Assembly (NCBI RefSeq): GCF_964204645.1
Contig: NC_134032.1
Span: 13,070,275-13,134,274 of the forward strand
Direction: 5' to 3'
Source of the DNA: Tubulanus polymorphus
Taxonomy: Eukaryota > Animalia > Nemertea
DNA length: 64,000 nucleotides
A program made the translations under genes and the position numbers. Below are positions 1 to 14,600 of the stretch, piece by piece; positions within the stretch are counted from its first letter, which is position 1; each line of letters begins with the position of its first letter. The notes beneath the pieces are model-generated. The model was not told the origin of the DNA. It saw only the letters and a program-made list of their open reading frames with translations, and searched no databases.

Positions 1-2962
1 CGAAATTTGTAAGTGCGAAATTTGTATCGAGGGTGCTGAATGGAGCTAAAGAGCAAGGAAGCTAATTCTACAAGGAAGCGGGCGAGAGAGAATGAGGATT
101 TGTATAAATAAAATGTCGAAAGGCGAAAGAAGTAATGATTAATAAGAAATATACATATTCGTATAAGTAGAATAAATCTTATTCTATATAAACCTTTGTT
201 AATGTTTAAAATGTGCAAACATCTTCTGTTGCTATTCGTCTGTTTTTGTGTGCATGATGTGTTTCAGTCTCACGTGTAGCCCTATTATCCTGTTACATTT
301 TTCTTCGTTAACTTATGTTTGCAATCGTCCAATGATTGAACATTTTAAAGCAAATAAATTTCAATTGTAATATTGGCAGAAAATATGGAGAAAAATTGAA
401 AGGGCAGGGTGGAATTCATCCTCCCTGGGCGGGGATTCGAACCTGATGACACCGCTGGACTCGGCCAGGGCAGTCTCGATGTGTCCAGGTTCGAATCCCT
501 GCCGAGGGAAGATGGGTGGCATTATAAACCGTTTAAACACTTAGATTACCTGATGTCTCCACAGAGTAAAGTTAGATTTTCGAACTTGTGATGCCATGGT
601 AACGAAAGCGAGTGAAGACCTTTGATCGAGCTTTTATCCTTTAGCTGCTAACGGGTAGAACACAATATAGAGACAAATTAATTAATTGACTCTGAAGAAA
701 AAATGATTGATCCTATACAGTCCTCCGTTTTCATCAGTTATACCGCAGGTCTTATAGAAAATGGTTTAAAAATCTTTTTGGCGGGAAAATCGTTTCCCGA
801 CAGACTTTCTTTTAAAAAGAAACGTCACTAGGGTTTCAGTGCCTTAATCTTAAGTACAGCTCTAGGTCACGCCCGTATCTGTATCACGTATTATCAAATG
901 TATCGATTACGTTCGTTACATTTAATTAATGTATGTATCTATCGCTTGATAGTTTACAGAAAATAAATATTACCAATTCATAAAGATACGTAAGATATTC
1001 ATAAGAAATTGTTAAAATCAGTTTAAAAAAAATATATATACCAACTTTATTGAGCAGATGATATTTCCTAACGAACACGCGGTCTCTAACTGCGGCGCGG
1101 GAAATCTATACGAATTCGTGATCGTTGCATGATTATAATACACTACACGTAATGATAAGTATATAGGTTTTTGGTGAACACGCCCGATTCCGAATATCTC
1201 CAATAACAATGACAGAATACTCAGAGGCACCATAATAAAGCGTGAAATATGTAACATTGTATGTTCTATCTAACGCAGGTATTATTACCTCGAAGCTCTC
1301 GACATCAAAGATGTTTTTAGCTTTTTTTGCGTATTTTACGAAAACAATAGTCGTCGTCAAAGGTGATATACATGTTTATTCATCGAGTATGCGCCACAGG
1401 CCTAGCTACAGACGTCAAACGTTTTACAGGCAGTGCAATGGCAGTCAACCGTGACTTAACTTTAGATAGCATCGTACTGTGAGGTCCTTGCATTCGTGAC
1501 GTCATTTTGTGCCTGCAAACCGCTGGAGACTTTGAATAGACGTAGCAGCCGGCCTCCGCTCAAGTCCGGATCTCTTTGGACCGTAAAATGTGTCCGTTTT
1601 GTTTAGTTTGTAACTGTTCTATGTTGCAATACCCCTAGTTTGCTCCACCTTAATTTGTCTGTTCTTGACATTTGTTAAACAGCATTGTGAATTTCGTGAA
1701 CTCTGTATTCCTGAAGATTACTATTAGGTTAGTCCTCGTAACGGCTAATCAAAAAATTATGAACTTTAAGGAAACTTGTGGGCTTCATTTTCTTGTTAGA
1801 TCGGTGTGGGATTCTCCATATATCGTCACAACACGGACATAGTGACGTTTCACCAATGGTTCGATCTCAAGTTCCCCCCCCCCTTGAAATTAGAATCAGT
1901 TAGCCGGCAGGATCTAGTTCCACAGTTAAGAAGATTCGACTCGAGGATCAACTCTTTGAAAGTGAACTGCCTACTGGATCCTGGATATCACTGAATTTCC
2001 ATGTGCTAGGCTTGCTTATGTCGACAAGTGACTCGACGCCTACCGGCGCAACTGAGTTTATCGCCGATTAGTGGCAACTAAAGGCTGGCTTATGTCGACA
2101 AGCAACGCGACGCCTACCGACGCATATCGCCGATTAGCGGCAACTAGCGGCCTGCGAGAGGCCACCAGTTGCTGCTCTATCGGTTCGACATAAGCCGGCT
2201 TGCGACGGCAACCCGACGCCTCCGACTCGTCGCAAGCCGTATCCGGCTAGTTGCCCATGTTCTACTCCGGCCTACGATAGGCCGTCATATCCGTTCAGGT
2301 CGATTCCTCTGAAAGCTCTATATTTTCTTCATTACTCCTAGTTCCTCTTCACTAACTCAATTTGTCGGTACTATAAAGGGCCAAGTTGCACAGCCATGAC
2401 TTCAGTTCAAAGGTGGTCTTTTAATCATTAGACTGATCTTATCTTGTAAGACTGGCTATAGGACTTATGAACGGTCGTAAATACAAGCCATCATCGTGCA
2501 ACTGGTCTCAGTAGAGGCTTGTCCCACGGAATTCGGATTCGGAAAATGATACCTTGTTTCTCCTAGCCGGCCGGGTCATTTAGTTAACTGTAATCAGTTC
2601 ATTTCCAGAGCTGCCGGTACTGTTATTGTTAGCTTGTTCATGATTTTAAATTGAGGCAATGTACGTGGTAGATAGACGGCCGGCCGGGTCAACTTTTTAG
2701 CTTAGCAGAAAGGAAAAACAAGGTATCATTTTTAGCCCAACGTTGATTGAAAATAGACTATACGTGCAACACTTTCTGTTAGCCACGCGTCTATTCACCT
2801 TCAGATCACGAGTCACAGACGTATCTATCTAAATTAAATAGCTTTATTTGTTTTTTATATTAAACATCTCGTCCTCAATGTATATACAATTATATCTATA
2901 TTTCATATGTGATATTCTCCGTGGAAACTGAACTGCGCTGTGTGTGTGCGTGGGGCAGGTTG

Positions 2963-5900
2963 TTATGTCTTGTACTTGTTTTTGTGTTTTATGACGCCGT
3001 TTGTGCTGTTTTTGCGCAGATATCCGTTCGATTTGCGGTGATTCACGAATAACGTCTCTTCTTCCGTATCCGAGCCCGACACCATCAGACTACTGTGTTG
3101 CATCTTGCCTGAAAAACAGAAGGCGAATACTTGACTTTTATATACAACTTCCCTTTTGTCGTTGTATATCTCCCTGAACGGATAGTAAGAGCTTGAGTAA
3201 TCGTCTTAATCAATCTTCAGGACCGGATTCCTAGTCGTAGCTTAGCCACAATACCAGTATGAGACTATCTTAGAATTAGTTCTATAGCCAATCTATACAA
3301 CTTGAAACTAGTATCAGGATCTAAGACCATTTTCGGACTTGGCTCTCGACTATGGAACCAGCCTCAGATGATTACTTAAGGTTAGAGGTCATGAACTGGG
3401 AATTGAATGTAGGAGCAGATACTAATTAGTTAGATCGATTGTAAAAACAATTTTCGAAAAAGATTGACACATTTTTTGTCAGAAATGGGCAGATTTTCTG
3501 GTGCCGCGAACTTCGTTGTAATGAGGTCCCGCTATATATAGAACTATCGGTTATAACAAACATATTTTCTGGTATCCTGAAGTTCATTGTATTGTAACAA
3601 GGTTACGCTCTAACTAGCCGTTGTTCCCGGTTCTAGGGGTAATCTAGAACTAATAATCATTTTCATTGACTAAATCTAGAACTAAACTACTAATTACTGT
3701 AAGCGACTAAATTCTGAGACTCGAATTAATCTAGACGATGCTTAGATACACGATTTTCTCTTTTCGCGTTTTGATATCTTCCTTTTAATATCTAACCATT
3801 ATAACGTGCATTTGAAAACTTTGTTATATGTTCCTTATTTGATTATTTTGATAAAGAATCAGAAGAGCTACATATAATATTAAACTAAACATGGCATTTT
3901 TCAGTTTTAATTGATTCAACGATCAAATCAACGCGTTTTAATCAACTAATTGAAATCATCGAACTCTAATTTAGCTCCGGTTTGTAAGTCGTTTTTTTTT
4001 TCATTAATTCTTCCCGTAGGAATAGATATAAATGACGTATACATATAAACATGAACACTCATCCCTAGACGAAATGGTTTATTCCGATGAAAGTTCCCTA
4101 CATGAAATTCCAGGCACCTATTAATCAAACCAGAGGTTGAGCGCCAGCGCAATCTTCCTCGAGGACGAGTCCTCTGATGTCATTTAGAATGCTGGCATGC
4201 ACGCGGTTATCGATCACAATTATGTAACGATGAAAAAATAATATCCATATTTTGCACCTAAGGATTTCTGTAAACAGAGTACAATATTTCCAATGGCGTG
4301 TGTATTTTAAGCTGTAGCCAATTAGCTCGAAAGCCCGTTGTCTGAGACTGTGTTTAATACAGTCGGGAACCACCCGAAGTGTGCTGATAAAATATCTAAT
4401 GTCTGGTGTTTGTAGTTCATTTTCAATTGAAAATGTTTAGGCCGAAGTCCTGAACACATTGTGAAGTTTGGAAGAATCATTGGAAGCACAACAGAGTTAA
4501 ACCATCAAATGTCTGAGGGCAGTGCAGGATCCACACAGATGACATACTGGTCATACTGGTGTCCGTAAAAAATCAACTTCTTCATTTTCTCATGGTTTTT
4601 ACTAAATTGATTTGGATTGATTTTAACTGAATTAACTAAAATCGGTAACTTGAATTGTAAGGGTTACCTTATTTTTAGGGTAAAATAACAAATCTGACCG
4701 TAAAACTTAAGCGATTACGCATTCTGGTGATTTTCAGGATAATATTCTGAGGGTTATGATGAAATACGTGACTGAATTACATTGATTCATATGATAGATT
4801 TGCTCGATTGAACCTAGTCGGGGTCGGGGTCGTCTTACATACCACGCATCAAGGCAACTTTACGATATCTCCCTGTTTAGAAAAAAGAGTTTCAATGGAA
4901 GCAAAGAAGGCTGATACATAAGCTCAGTTGCAAAATCATGACTTAAGTCCAAAAGTTGTCTTGGACTGGTCTAAAAGTTGTTAGATTGGTAATGGAACCA
5001 AAACGAGCCAAGACTGGTTTAGATAAGCTTTAGATGATCTTAGACTGGTCCCAAACCTAAGCTATGACTGTGCAACTGGCTTTTTTGTAAAGCCCGCCAA
5101 ATTCAGATCATTCGGGACGCTCGAAATATATCTTCATTAAACACCATGAAGTCGTTCATTCAAATCATCACCATGAAGTCGACCATCGGTCACCATATAA
5201 ATCATCACAATTTTCTTCAAATCCCGATTAATGTACAGTACATAAATCGGGATTTAAAAATTGCGAATTAAAGACTTACACTTAATTGAATTGAAAGTAC
5301 AGTACTTTCAATTCAATTTACTAAGTGTAAGTCTTCATTTGGATAAGTCGTCAAGATAAAGATTTTCTCAACTACGGCAACTTATGCAACTGCTTTTTAC
5401 ATACACTTATAACGTAATGAAGACAGACGACCAAAAATGATAACCAGATTCCGTTTACCCTTTCAGTGCGTCTACACCGCAGTGCGGTCTATAAATCGGT
5501 GATAGATTTTGCTAGTACACGGCACTGCGGTGTATTGATGTAATCAGTAATTAGTAATTACCTCTCTTGAAAACTGGCAGCGCCTGTCAAACATAGTGAA
5601 ATACTAGTAACTAACGATACACCGCGCCGCGGTGTAGACGCACTATAGTGGTATTCCCGTTATTCAACACACTAGGGTGGAATTTTTTAGAGTTTTCAAA
5701 TTATCTCCAGCACTATAGAGTATTAATTAGTCAGCACTGAAAGGGTTAAAATCCGGAGTAAAATGATCTGAATGAAGCGAGCGTAAACTCAGGCATTAAC
5801 TCTTATTATCATATCTTACTTGGTAACAGTTCGAGTTTATCTTTATTTGCATTTTCGAATTCGTCTGGAAGCAGTTGATATCGATGGCGTTTTTTCGGCC

Positions 5901-8593
5901 TATATTTTCTGTACCTGAAATCGTCAAAAAAAGAGCCTCGAAAATATATCAATACGATCCATCAAAGCGTGTCGAAAAACAAGTTGCCCGCGGGCGGACA
6001 CTGAAATCAGCGAAACGCCTTTTTTTTCGAATCACGTGAAGTGTTCGAATATTTCGCTGCAGGCTATGTGAAATAAAATCTAACAAAATTCAATAAACGA
6101 AAATCTATCTCGGTTGTATAGAATAACAACCCTGGCAGGTTCAAACACCCCTCCCTCCTTAATACTGGGTACTTCAATCAGTTAAAATCAGTTCCGTGTG
6201 ATGTAGTTAGTTACCTAATCGTCTTTGGTAAGCTATTATTATAGAATGGGCTGAAAATATCCGATCGTGAAAGAACAGGTTACTGAATACATATACCTTA
6301 ATTCTCTGCAGCTGGTACTTACCTTCTAATACAACAAATGGCACCCCACACAAGACCTCCAAATGTTACAGCTAATAGGAATGTTACAATGACTACATAT
6401 AATATACTCCAATCTGAAATAGATGAAACCGAAAAATACAGTCATTAAAAGATGAAATACAATGTTAAACGCCAAAAATACATTAAGAAGATTCCTCTTT
6501 ATGTATTTTTGTTAATGCGCATAAAAACGATGTCAATTGTGAGTGTACAAAGTACACTACAATATCTGCTAAATGCAATTTACATTGCGCAATCGATGGT
6601 ATTTTTTAACTAACACAGAGACAGTTGTATACACAGTTGTTTCGTTCAGTAGATGACTTGAAAATTGTTGTGCTTTGTTTGTCTGGTTCACATACGTGAT
6701 GTGATACTAATAGCTCCCCCAGAGCTAAAAACCATGTACTTTAATCCACATAAGCACACATGCCAGAACACTAATAGCTATTCAAAGAGCTAATCGGTTA
6801 ACCTACAAGCACTACCTGCTTTTTTCGTTTTAACTATTTCAGGTTGGCCACTTTCCACCCATTTACAAATTCCCCCAAAGATTTCTCTGACTTAAACACG
6901 CGATTACACATCATTCCCAGAGTGTGTCAGAGAAATATCTAGGTTAAAAATCTTACAAATCATTCATTTTCATTGAAACAAGAAAAAAGTTTTCCAGGTT
7001 TTTGTTAAATTGGTCAAATTCTCTTGAGTTTTTCAGTTCAGTGGCGCCACCCTGTATTTACATCGTGTATTTACATGTCTTGTTACGTGAAGTAAATTGC
7101 TGCGTAATTTTGCGTTTTCTCAACTTACCACAGTTTTGCTGCCGGAACCAGAGATGCGATTTAAATATATTCGTCATCCAAAACGGATCACAGATGCATC
7201 TCCGTGACGACTGTTCGCACTGTCCATGACCGGAACAATTGTTCTGGCAAACTGTAAAACAATATCAAATCATATTACGCTATAACCTGATATACAACAT
7301 GGATCCGATCTCATGAAAAAGTTTATGCTGAAAACAGTAAATGTTCATCAACAGTGAAAACATGAAGTAACCAATACAGTCAAACTGGCTTTTTTCATAT
7401 CAGTTTAATCGGGATTTTGATTTCATCCGAGTATTATTTACAGTCTTTCAAATCATGAACACATATAGAATATGACCTTTATTCTGGATTTATCTGAACT
7501 GAATGATTTTCATCGGTCCCAAATAATGATATAGGGTGCTTGAATACTTACTGACAGTGTCGATAAAATACACTTCATAATCGAGAATATCTTTTTCGGC
7601 GCGAATTCGACGTCGCAGCACGTCGACTATTTCTGGACCGGGTCTCAACTGAAGGTGTTGATCCGTGCCAACTATATGCACATAAAACTGTACAATTAAC
7701 CTGCAATTACAAGAACAACGCTACAACAGCTCGGCCCATGTTGAACGTGGGTACCACCAGGTGGCGTGACTAGCACTCAGTTTTTAAAGAAATACAACTA
7801 GCTCATTTTCAATCGACTGATCTGAATTTAAAAGCTCATATCATACGAGCTACCCGTTACTATTAGTGACACCTGGTGGATCCTCACTTGCCACAAGTGG
7901 AATCCTTAGTCTTTTGCCGCAGTAGTCGATGTCCTACTGCACACTAGCGACACCAGGTGGATCCTCACTTGCCACAAGTGCGATAATCTTTCACCGCAGC
8001 CTATGCTACTTCATTGTTTATTTCACGATAATGATGACTACAGGCAATGAGCGCTTACCTTCCAGACGAGTCTTGCAATAAATTTACAATATTCACATCA
8101 GAATCACCATTCTGGGAATGTAATAACATCGCGATTTGTTTCCGCAGTAGCTTCTGAAAAAACCAAAATAACTGACCCTTAACTCGGTTTTAAAACTCAT
8201 CTAGGCCTACCCCTCCATGCGGTGTACAATCCAACCACCCTTTATTGTGTCAAACCCGAGATGCAGCGTATCCATGTTATTGTTGAGTAGTTGGAATCTC
8301 TAATAAAAGATGGCAGCATCTGTCAAATTTTTGTGAAGCACGTGTATAAGTAACACAGTTCAAGATAATCGTAAATTATCCTCATTGCCTCTCTCCACCC
8401 AGGAGTAAATGGGTACCTGGCCTGATAGATGACTCCTGAGCGCTTAGGAGCAGCTCGGATGTTACTTCTAACCAGGGGAGATGACTGACACGTGAATAAA
8501 GTTATATATAGGCTGGGGGTAATAATACCAAGTTGGAGCGCATCTGAACTCCCTCAGGTTAAGATACCTGCGCTATATAAATGTCAATTATCA

Positions 8594-8630
<37 letters not shown>

Positions 8631-11600
8631 ATTGGGAGCGAAAAAATTGACCGTCTGCGAACCTTTTTGCTCTGCGTGAATGAACCGAGATCAGCTCCGA
8701 GGTGCACCTCGATGAGGTTCTTCAAGTCGGCGTCCGGCTTCACGATGACGGTCGCCGTGCTTGAACTCGTCAGACCTTCCGCGTCGGACACTTTCAAAAT
8801 AAATATGTATCGCCCGGGGACGACATTCGTAAGTAACAACGCCACCTGGTGATCGGAACCATTCACTATATCCTACAGAACGAGAAAATTCATATATAAT
8901 TCATAATTTAAAACCGGTAACTAATTGCTGCCTTGTGTTTCTTGATGTTTAGTTTTATGATCAACAACCTTAGGGCTCGTCCATTTACTACATAAACATT
9001 AAATTTGAATTTTTCAACCCCCTTTGGATACAAAATCTGCTATTTTTCCTTGTACTTTAAGCATCATAGTAAGCAATTGCAATAAAACCTCCACTAATGC
9101 GTACATGATAAATGAATGACTACCTAACCAAGACAACCTTGACATTGTTTTGAATATGAATTTTATTTCTCAATGAATATTAAATCGTGTACATAATTAT
9201 AATATATAGCATTGGCATAATTTATTGAGAGGACACCCCCGAGTCTAAAGACTGTACCAAATGATGGGGGGTGCCAGATCAATAACATATATTATGGTTT
9301 TCAATAGTTTAGTTGTACTCACCCCAGCCGCGAGGCTCTGATCATCTCTTGTCCACCGGAACGAAGCGATGCCCTTATCATCGGTAGATTTAGAACCGTC
9401 GAGCGTGATTAAACTCGTCGGCAGCGTCACTAACTGATCGCCGCCGGCATCGGCTTTCGGCACTTCGTTCAACGCTACAAGAAAGTAAATAGTAACTGAT
9501 TCGGGGAAAAGAAATGAAGAATTCCCTGTGGCAAGTGAGGATCGACCAGGTGTTTACCAGTGTGCAGCTGGACATTAAGTACTGGGATATAGAGGATTCC
9601 ACTATTGGCAAGTGAGGATCCACCAGGTGCGCTAGTGTGCAGTAGGATATCAACTACTGCAGCAAGAGGATTCCATTTGCAGGCCGGGTACAAACATCAG
9701 ATTGTCTGGCAGGCTGGGTAAAAACATCCGATTGTCTGGCAGGCTGGGTACGAACATCAGATTGCCTGACAGGCTGGGTACAAACATCAGATTGTCTGGC
9801 AGGCTGGGTAAAAACATCCGATTGTCTGGCAGGCTGGGTACGAACATCAGATTGCCTGACAGGCTGGGTACAAACATCATATTGTCTAACAGGCTGGGCA
9901 CGAACAACAGATTGTCTGGCAGGCTGGGTACAAACATCAGATTGTCTTCAATGCTTTCAATGAAGCACACCACCTGGCAGCACCAGTTGCTCCTCAAAAC
10001 TAAAAATTCACCTTTTTTAACAGTTACTTGAACGATTGCGCTGTTGCGTAAGTTTTCTTCATCAGTCACTGTCAGCTTGAATTCGTACTGCCCTTCCGAC
10101 AGATGAGACGCAGTGGCTACTTGTTTATCGCCGTTTTCCAAAATAACTCCGTCCGCACCCCTACAACGAATAATTACATCTATTGCAACAAGGGTAATTC
10201 GAATATCGCTGACACCTAATTCAGGGGCAACTAGACAGCATAATAGCCAATATCAGTAACAATAATATAAACATACAACAATAAATATATAAATATATGA
10301 AACCTTGTCACACCAAACTCGGATTCAAACTTAGAATTTCATCCGACATAAGACAATTTACCGGTAATCAACTGGATATAAAAATTCATCAGTGGTTATA
10401 AGAACATTTGTTCTAGTCCCCTGAAGTTTGTTGTAACGAGTTTACATCGAATTATGAAAATAATTGATGCGTAAATGAAAACCGAACATACTTTACTTTC
10501 TTCCACGCGTAGCTGACAATTCGCTGGTCGTCAGAACTCGCCGAACCGTCTAACGTAACGGTTGTATCCGGCAATGCTGTTATACTCGAATGTACAACCT
10601 TCGCTTCTGGTGGTTTATTGTGCTCTGAAATATATACAAACATAGGGTAACTGTAGCACGTAATTATAAGTAGAAACATTTGGGGCGAGGTACAAACATC
10701 AGATTGTTTGAGAGGCTGGGTACAAACATCAGATTGTCTGATAGGCTGGGTACAAACAATAGATTGTTTGAGAGGCTGAGTACAAACATCAGATTGTCTG
10801 ACAGGCTGGGTACAAACATCAGATTGTTTGAGAGGCTGGGTACAAACATCAGATTGTCTGATAGGCTGGGTACAAACAACAGATTGTTTGAGAGGCTGAG
10901 TACAAACATCAGATTGTCTGACAGGCTGGGTACAAACAACAGATTGTTTGAGAGGCTGAGTACAAACATCAGATTGTCTGACAGGCTGGGTTCAAACAAC
11001 AGATTGTCTGACAGACTGGGTACAAACATCAGATTGTCCGATAGGCTGGGTACAAACATCAGAATGTCCGACAGGCTGGCTACAAAGATCAGATTGTCTG
11101 ATAGGCTGGGTACAAACATCAGATTGTCTGACAGGCTGGGTACAAACATCAGATTGTCCGAAAGGCTGGGTACAAACATCAGATTGTCTGAGAGGCTGGG
11201 TGCAAACATCAGAGTGAGGGGTTTCATAGTACAGACAGCAGATTGTCTGAGAAATGCAGGGTAAAGACTGCAGATTGTCAGATGCATAAAACTGGTTGCA
11301 CTGGAGTTGAATTTTTCCAAGTTTTCAAATCATCTCCAGCACATAAGGGTAAGAATTTGTCAGCAGGCTGAAAGGAAAAAAAACGGGTGCTTTATGAACG
11401 GTACCTCTTTGTACGATGACATGTACGTCAGCTGCTGATATCTGACCGGCCGTGTCGGTTACTTTCAACTGGAACGTATAATCGCCGACCTCGAGGTGAC
11501 TGAGTCGTAACGTCGACGTTCTCGTGCCCTGCATGTCGGCCGTCAGTTTATTATCGCCCTTGTTAATCCACTCGTAGCTGACGATGCCGTGATCGTCTGT

Positions 11601-14600
11601 ACTCGCGTTGCCGTACAGCGTTATCGAATTCTGCGGTAAACTGATGATTCGAGTTTGACCAGCGTTCGCCACCGGTTTATAGTCAATTTCTGTCCGAATA
11701 GAATAAAATGAGAGATTCATTTACTGCAAGTTTATATTCTGCGCAAAGCCGCCCAAACGTATCTACATGGAAATAGTGGTTTGGATACTCTTGGAGCCCT
11801 ATCAGATACATGCATGAAAACAAACTAAAACATACTATGATTCATTTTGATGCTGTGCAACTTTTTTTTCAATACAATCAATTTCAATAATCTATCACAA
11901 GCTCAGTCTGAGGAATATTCACATAAATACAAACTGTCACCGAGTGACCATTGGTTCAACCCTCAAAATATGGCTTTAAGCTATGAATCATTTTTAAGAT
12001 AATTGAACTGATGAAATACTGCGTAACTTTCTTTCAACTGATTTGAAACCATCTACGAACACTCGGTCTGACGAGTATTCACATCAATACAAACTGTGAC
12101 CGAGTGACAACTTTCAAACGCTCTTAGTTCAAATCTCAAAACATGGCTTCGAGCTATGAATCATTTGATACTGGAATTGAACGGATGATACCATGTAACT
12201 GATTTGAAACCATCTACGAACTCGGTCTGAAGAATAATCACAACGATACAAAATGTGACCGAGTGACGACTTCATTTTAACACACAAAACATGGCTGAAT
12301 CAAAACATTAGCCACAACACTAAGCTGTTTTTGTTGTTGTTTGACCTGACTATGAGAAATCGAAATTAGAGGCGCAGTGGCCGAGTGGTTTAAGCCGCCG
12401 GTCACTGGTCTCGTCAATCCAGGGTTTATGGAATCAAACCCTGGTGGCGACAGAGTTTCTTGGTCGAAGGTCCTTCTCTGGTCTCTCCTCCATTGCGAAA
12501 AAGAAACATCGAACCCGCTTATAATGCCCTGCGTGGCGCTTAGCGGGTTGAGGGTGTTAAAAATAAAAAAGAGAAATCCATTAACGATACTTCGAACGCT
12601 TGAAAAGTACGTACCTTTGATAACGGTTACGTTGGCGAATGTTGAATTGCTGGCTCTGTCCGAATCTACGACTGTTAATTTGAATTTATATTCACCGGGC
12701 GTCAGTTTATCTAAGACGAGCATGTTTTTATCTTTCGTAATCGAATTCATCGAATCGTCTCCGAGCGGGCCGGATACCTCCTCCCATTTATAGTGCGTTA
12801 TTTCGTCGTCGTCGGTGCTGGCTGCGAATAAAATAAAATCGAATTCAAGAAAGATTCAGTTAACAATATTCGCATTGATCTGAGACCAAGTCAGGGCCGG
12901 TTGCATAGTCATGGCTTAGACTTAAGACCAGTCTAAGACCAACTTAGTTCTACAGCCAATCTAAAAACTTAAGATTTAGACTTAAGTCGCGACTATGCAA
13001 CTAGCCCCAGGATTTTTAAATGCTAATCTTCAATCCTCATGGCTTCAGGCTAAGATTAATTTTGAAGAACATTGAAGCCATGATACATACGTAACTAACT
13101 TTCGTGTTTAAACAAAACTGATTTCAATCATCTACGATGAACTTGGTCTGAAGAATATTCACATCGATATAAACTGTGACCAAAGAGTGACACCGATTAT
13201 TAAGTGATGACTTTCAAACACGGTTAGTTTCGCTTTATACGCAGCCAAAACAAAGGTTTGTACGACAATTAAACCCCAATCCCGGAAATAACCATGAACA
13301 CATTGTAACTAACTCACCTGAACCATCCAGCACAACTGAACTCGGAAGTTGCACTTTCTGATACTTCGGGGTGATGACCACGATCGGAGCTTTATTTTTC
13401 CTCTTTGCTGAAAAAAATCCAAGACCATTATTCTGTATTTAGCGTATTTGAGAAATGAATAATTCATTCATTAATAATTGACAGCACACGCCATCAAGGT
13501 TATATTCTACCTAATGCAGGGGTATCAATCTGCAGCCTGGAACCCGCACCCCTTCAGGCATTCACAAATGCAGTGTGAAATACCGCAAGTGTGCTGATAA
13601 AATGTCTAATGTTTGTAGTTCGTTTTCAATTGAAAATGTCTCAGGTGAACAGATAACAGCTTTTTAAGTCCAGGCTACAGATTGTAAAATGTTATTTAAT
13701 CTGGATTTCTCAAAACGATACAGATTAAGTTGGGATACCTTTAAGTTATGAAATTTAAGGATTCCCAGTATAAACATACCTGGCAGGACAGTAATATCCG
13801 CATAAGCTTCGCCATATTTGCCCGGCCCAGAAACGACCACTTTGAACTTATAAGCACCAGCAATTAACTGAAATGAGAAAAACAAATCAAACACAGAATT
13901 CGATGAGATAAATCTGTTGAAAAAGATCTCCAACGAAACAACACGGTTTTACGCAGTTAGTTAATAATAAGGCTTCTCTTCTGGTGCATTAGTTTCTACC
14001 AGAATAAGCTCTTCCTATTTCGGAATAGCATAGCATAATAATAGTGAATCTGATAGAAGCCGATCGAGAATTTGTAACCCTGAATTGATATTTCTAAACT
14101 GGAATACGTTCGATCGAAGCCTGCCTTTATTTAGCTCATACTGAGTTGAAGAGTCTAACAAGGGGAACCACAACACCAGCAACCACTAGATGGCATGACT
14201 ATATCTGTCACTGCACAATTTGTCTATTTTTTGGTAGTCTAGATGTTGTTCCCAAGAATCTGTACATCATCAGATATTCAGACAAACGTTTTGGCTATTG
14301 GAGACTAAAATAAACATTTACTAAACAGCCCATGTTGTAACAATGATATGAAATCCTTCAATAACAATGAATAGATAGGTCAAAATGTTTCCTAGAGCTC
14401 GACTTATATCCTAATAAGAATGGATCGATGGTTTCGAAAAGTTTCCTCGAGCTGTAGTTCATTTCGATGTATCGACTATATCTTGATAGTCATCTTTAGG
14501 AATAATACTGAAAATGACTATCAAGATATAGTCGAAACAATTGAAATAAACTACAGCTCCTGGATTCCATTGCGGATCATCTATCAATTCTTATTGTGTG

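Noticed and set aside
1018-1994. Short overlapping ORFs at the window start
   Set aside because: No recognisable domain and no consistent exon chain.
9680-11250. 30-bp repeats as a CRISPR array, and the repeat ORFs (9702-10031, 10664-11320, 10680-11264) as genes
   Set aside because: Units are contiguous with no unique spacers, there are no cas genes, and the context is a eukaryotic intron; the ORFs follow from a stop-free unit whose length is a multiple of three.
12369-12445. tRNA gene (also at ~60519)
   Set aside because: No clean cloverleaf or acceptor stem; followed by a shared body and A-rich tail, so it is a SINE head.
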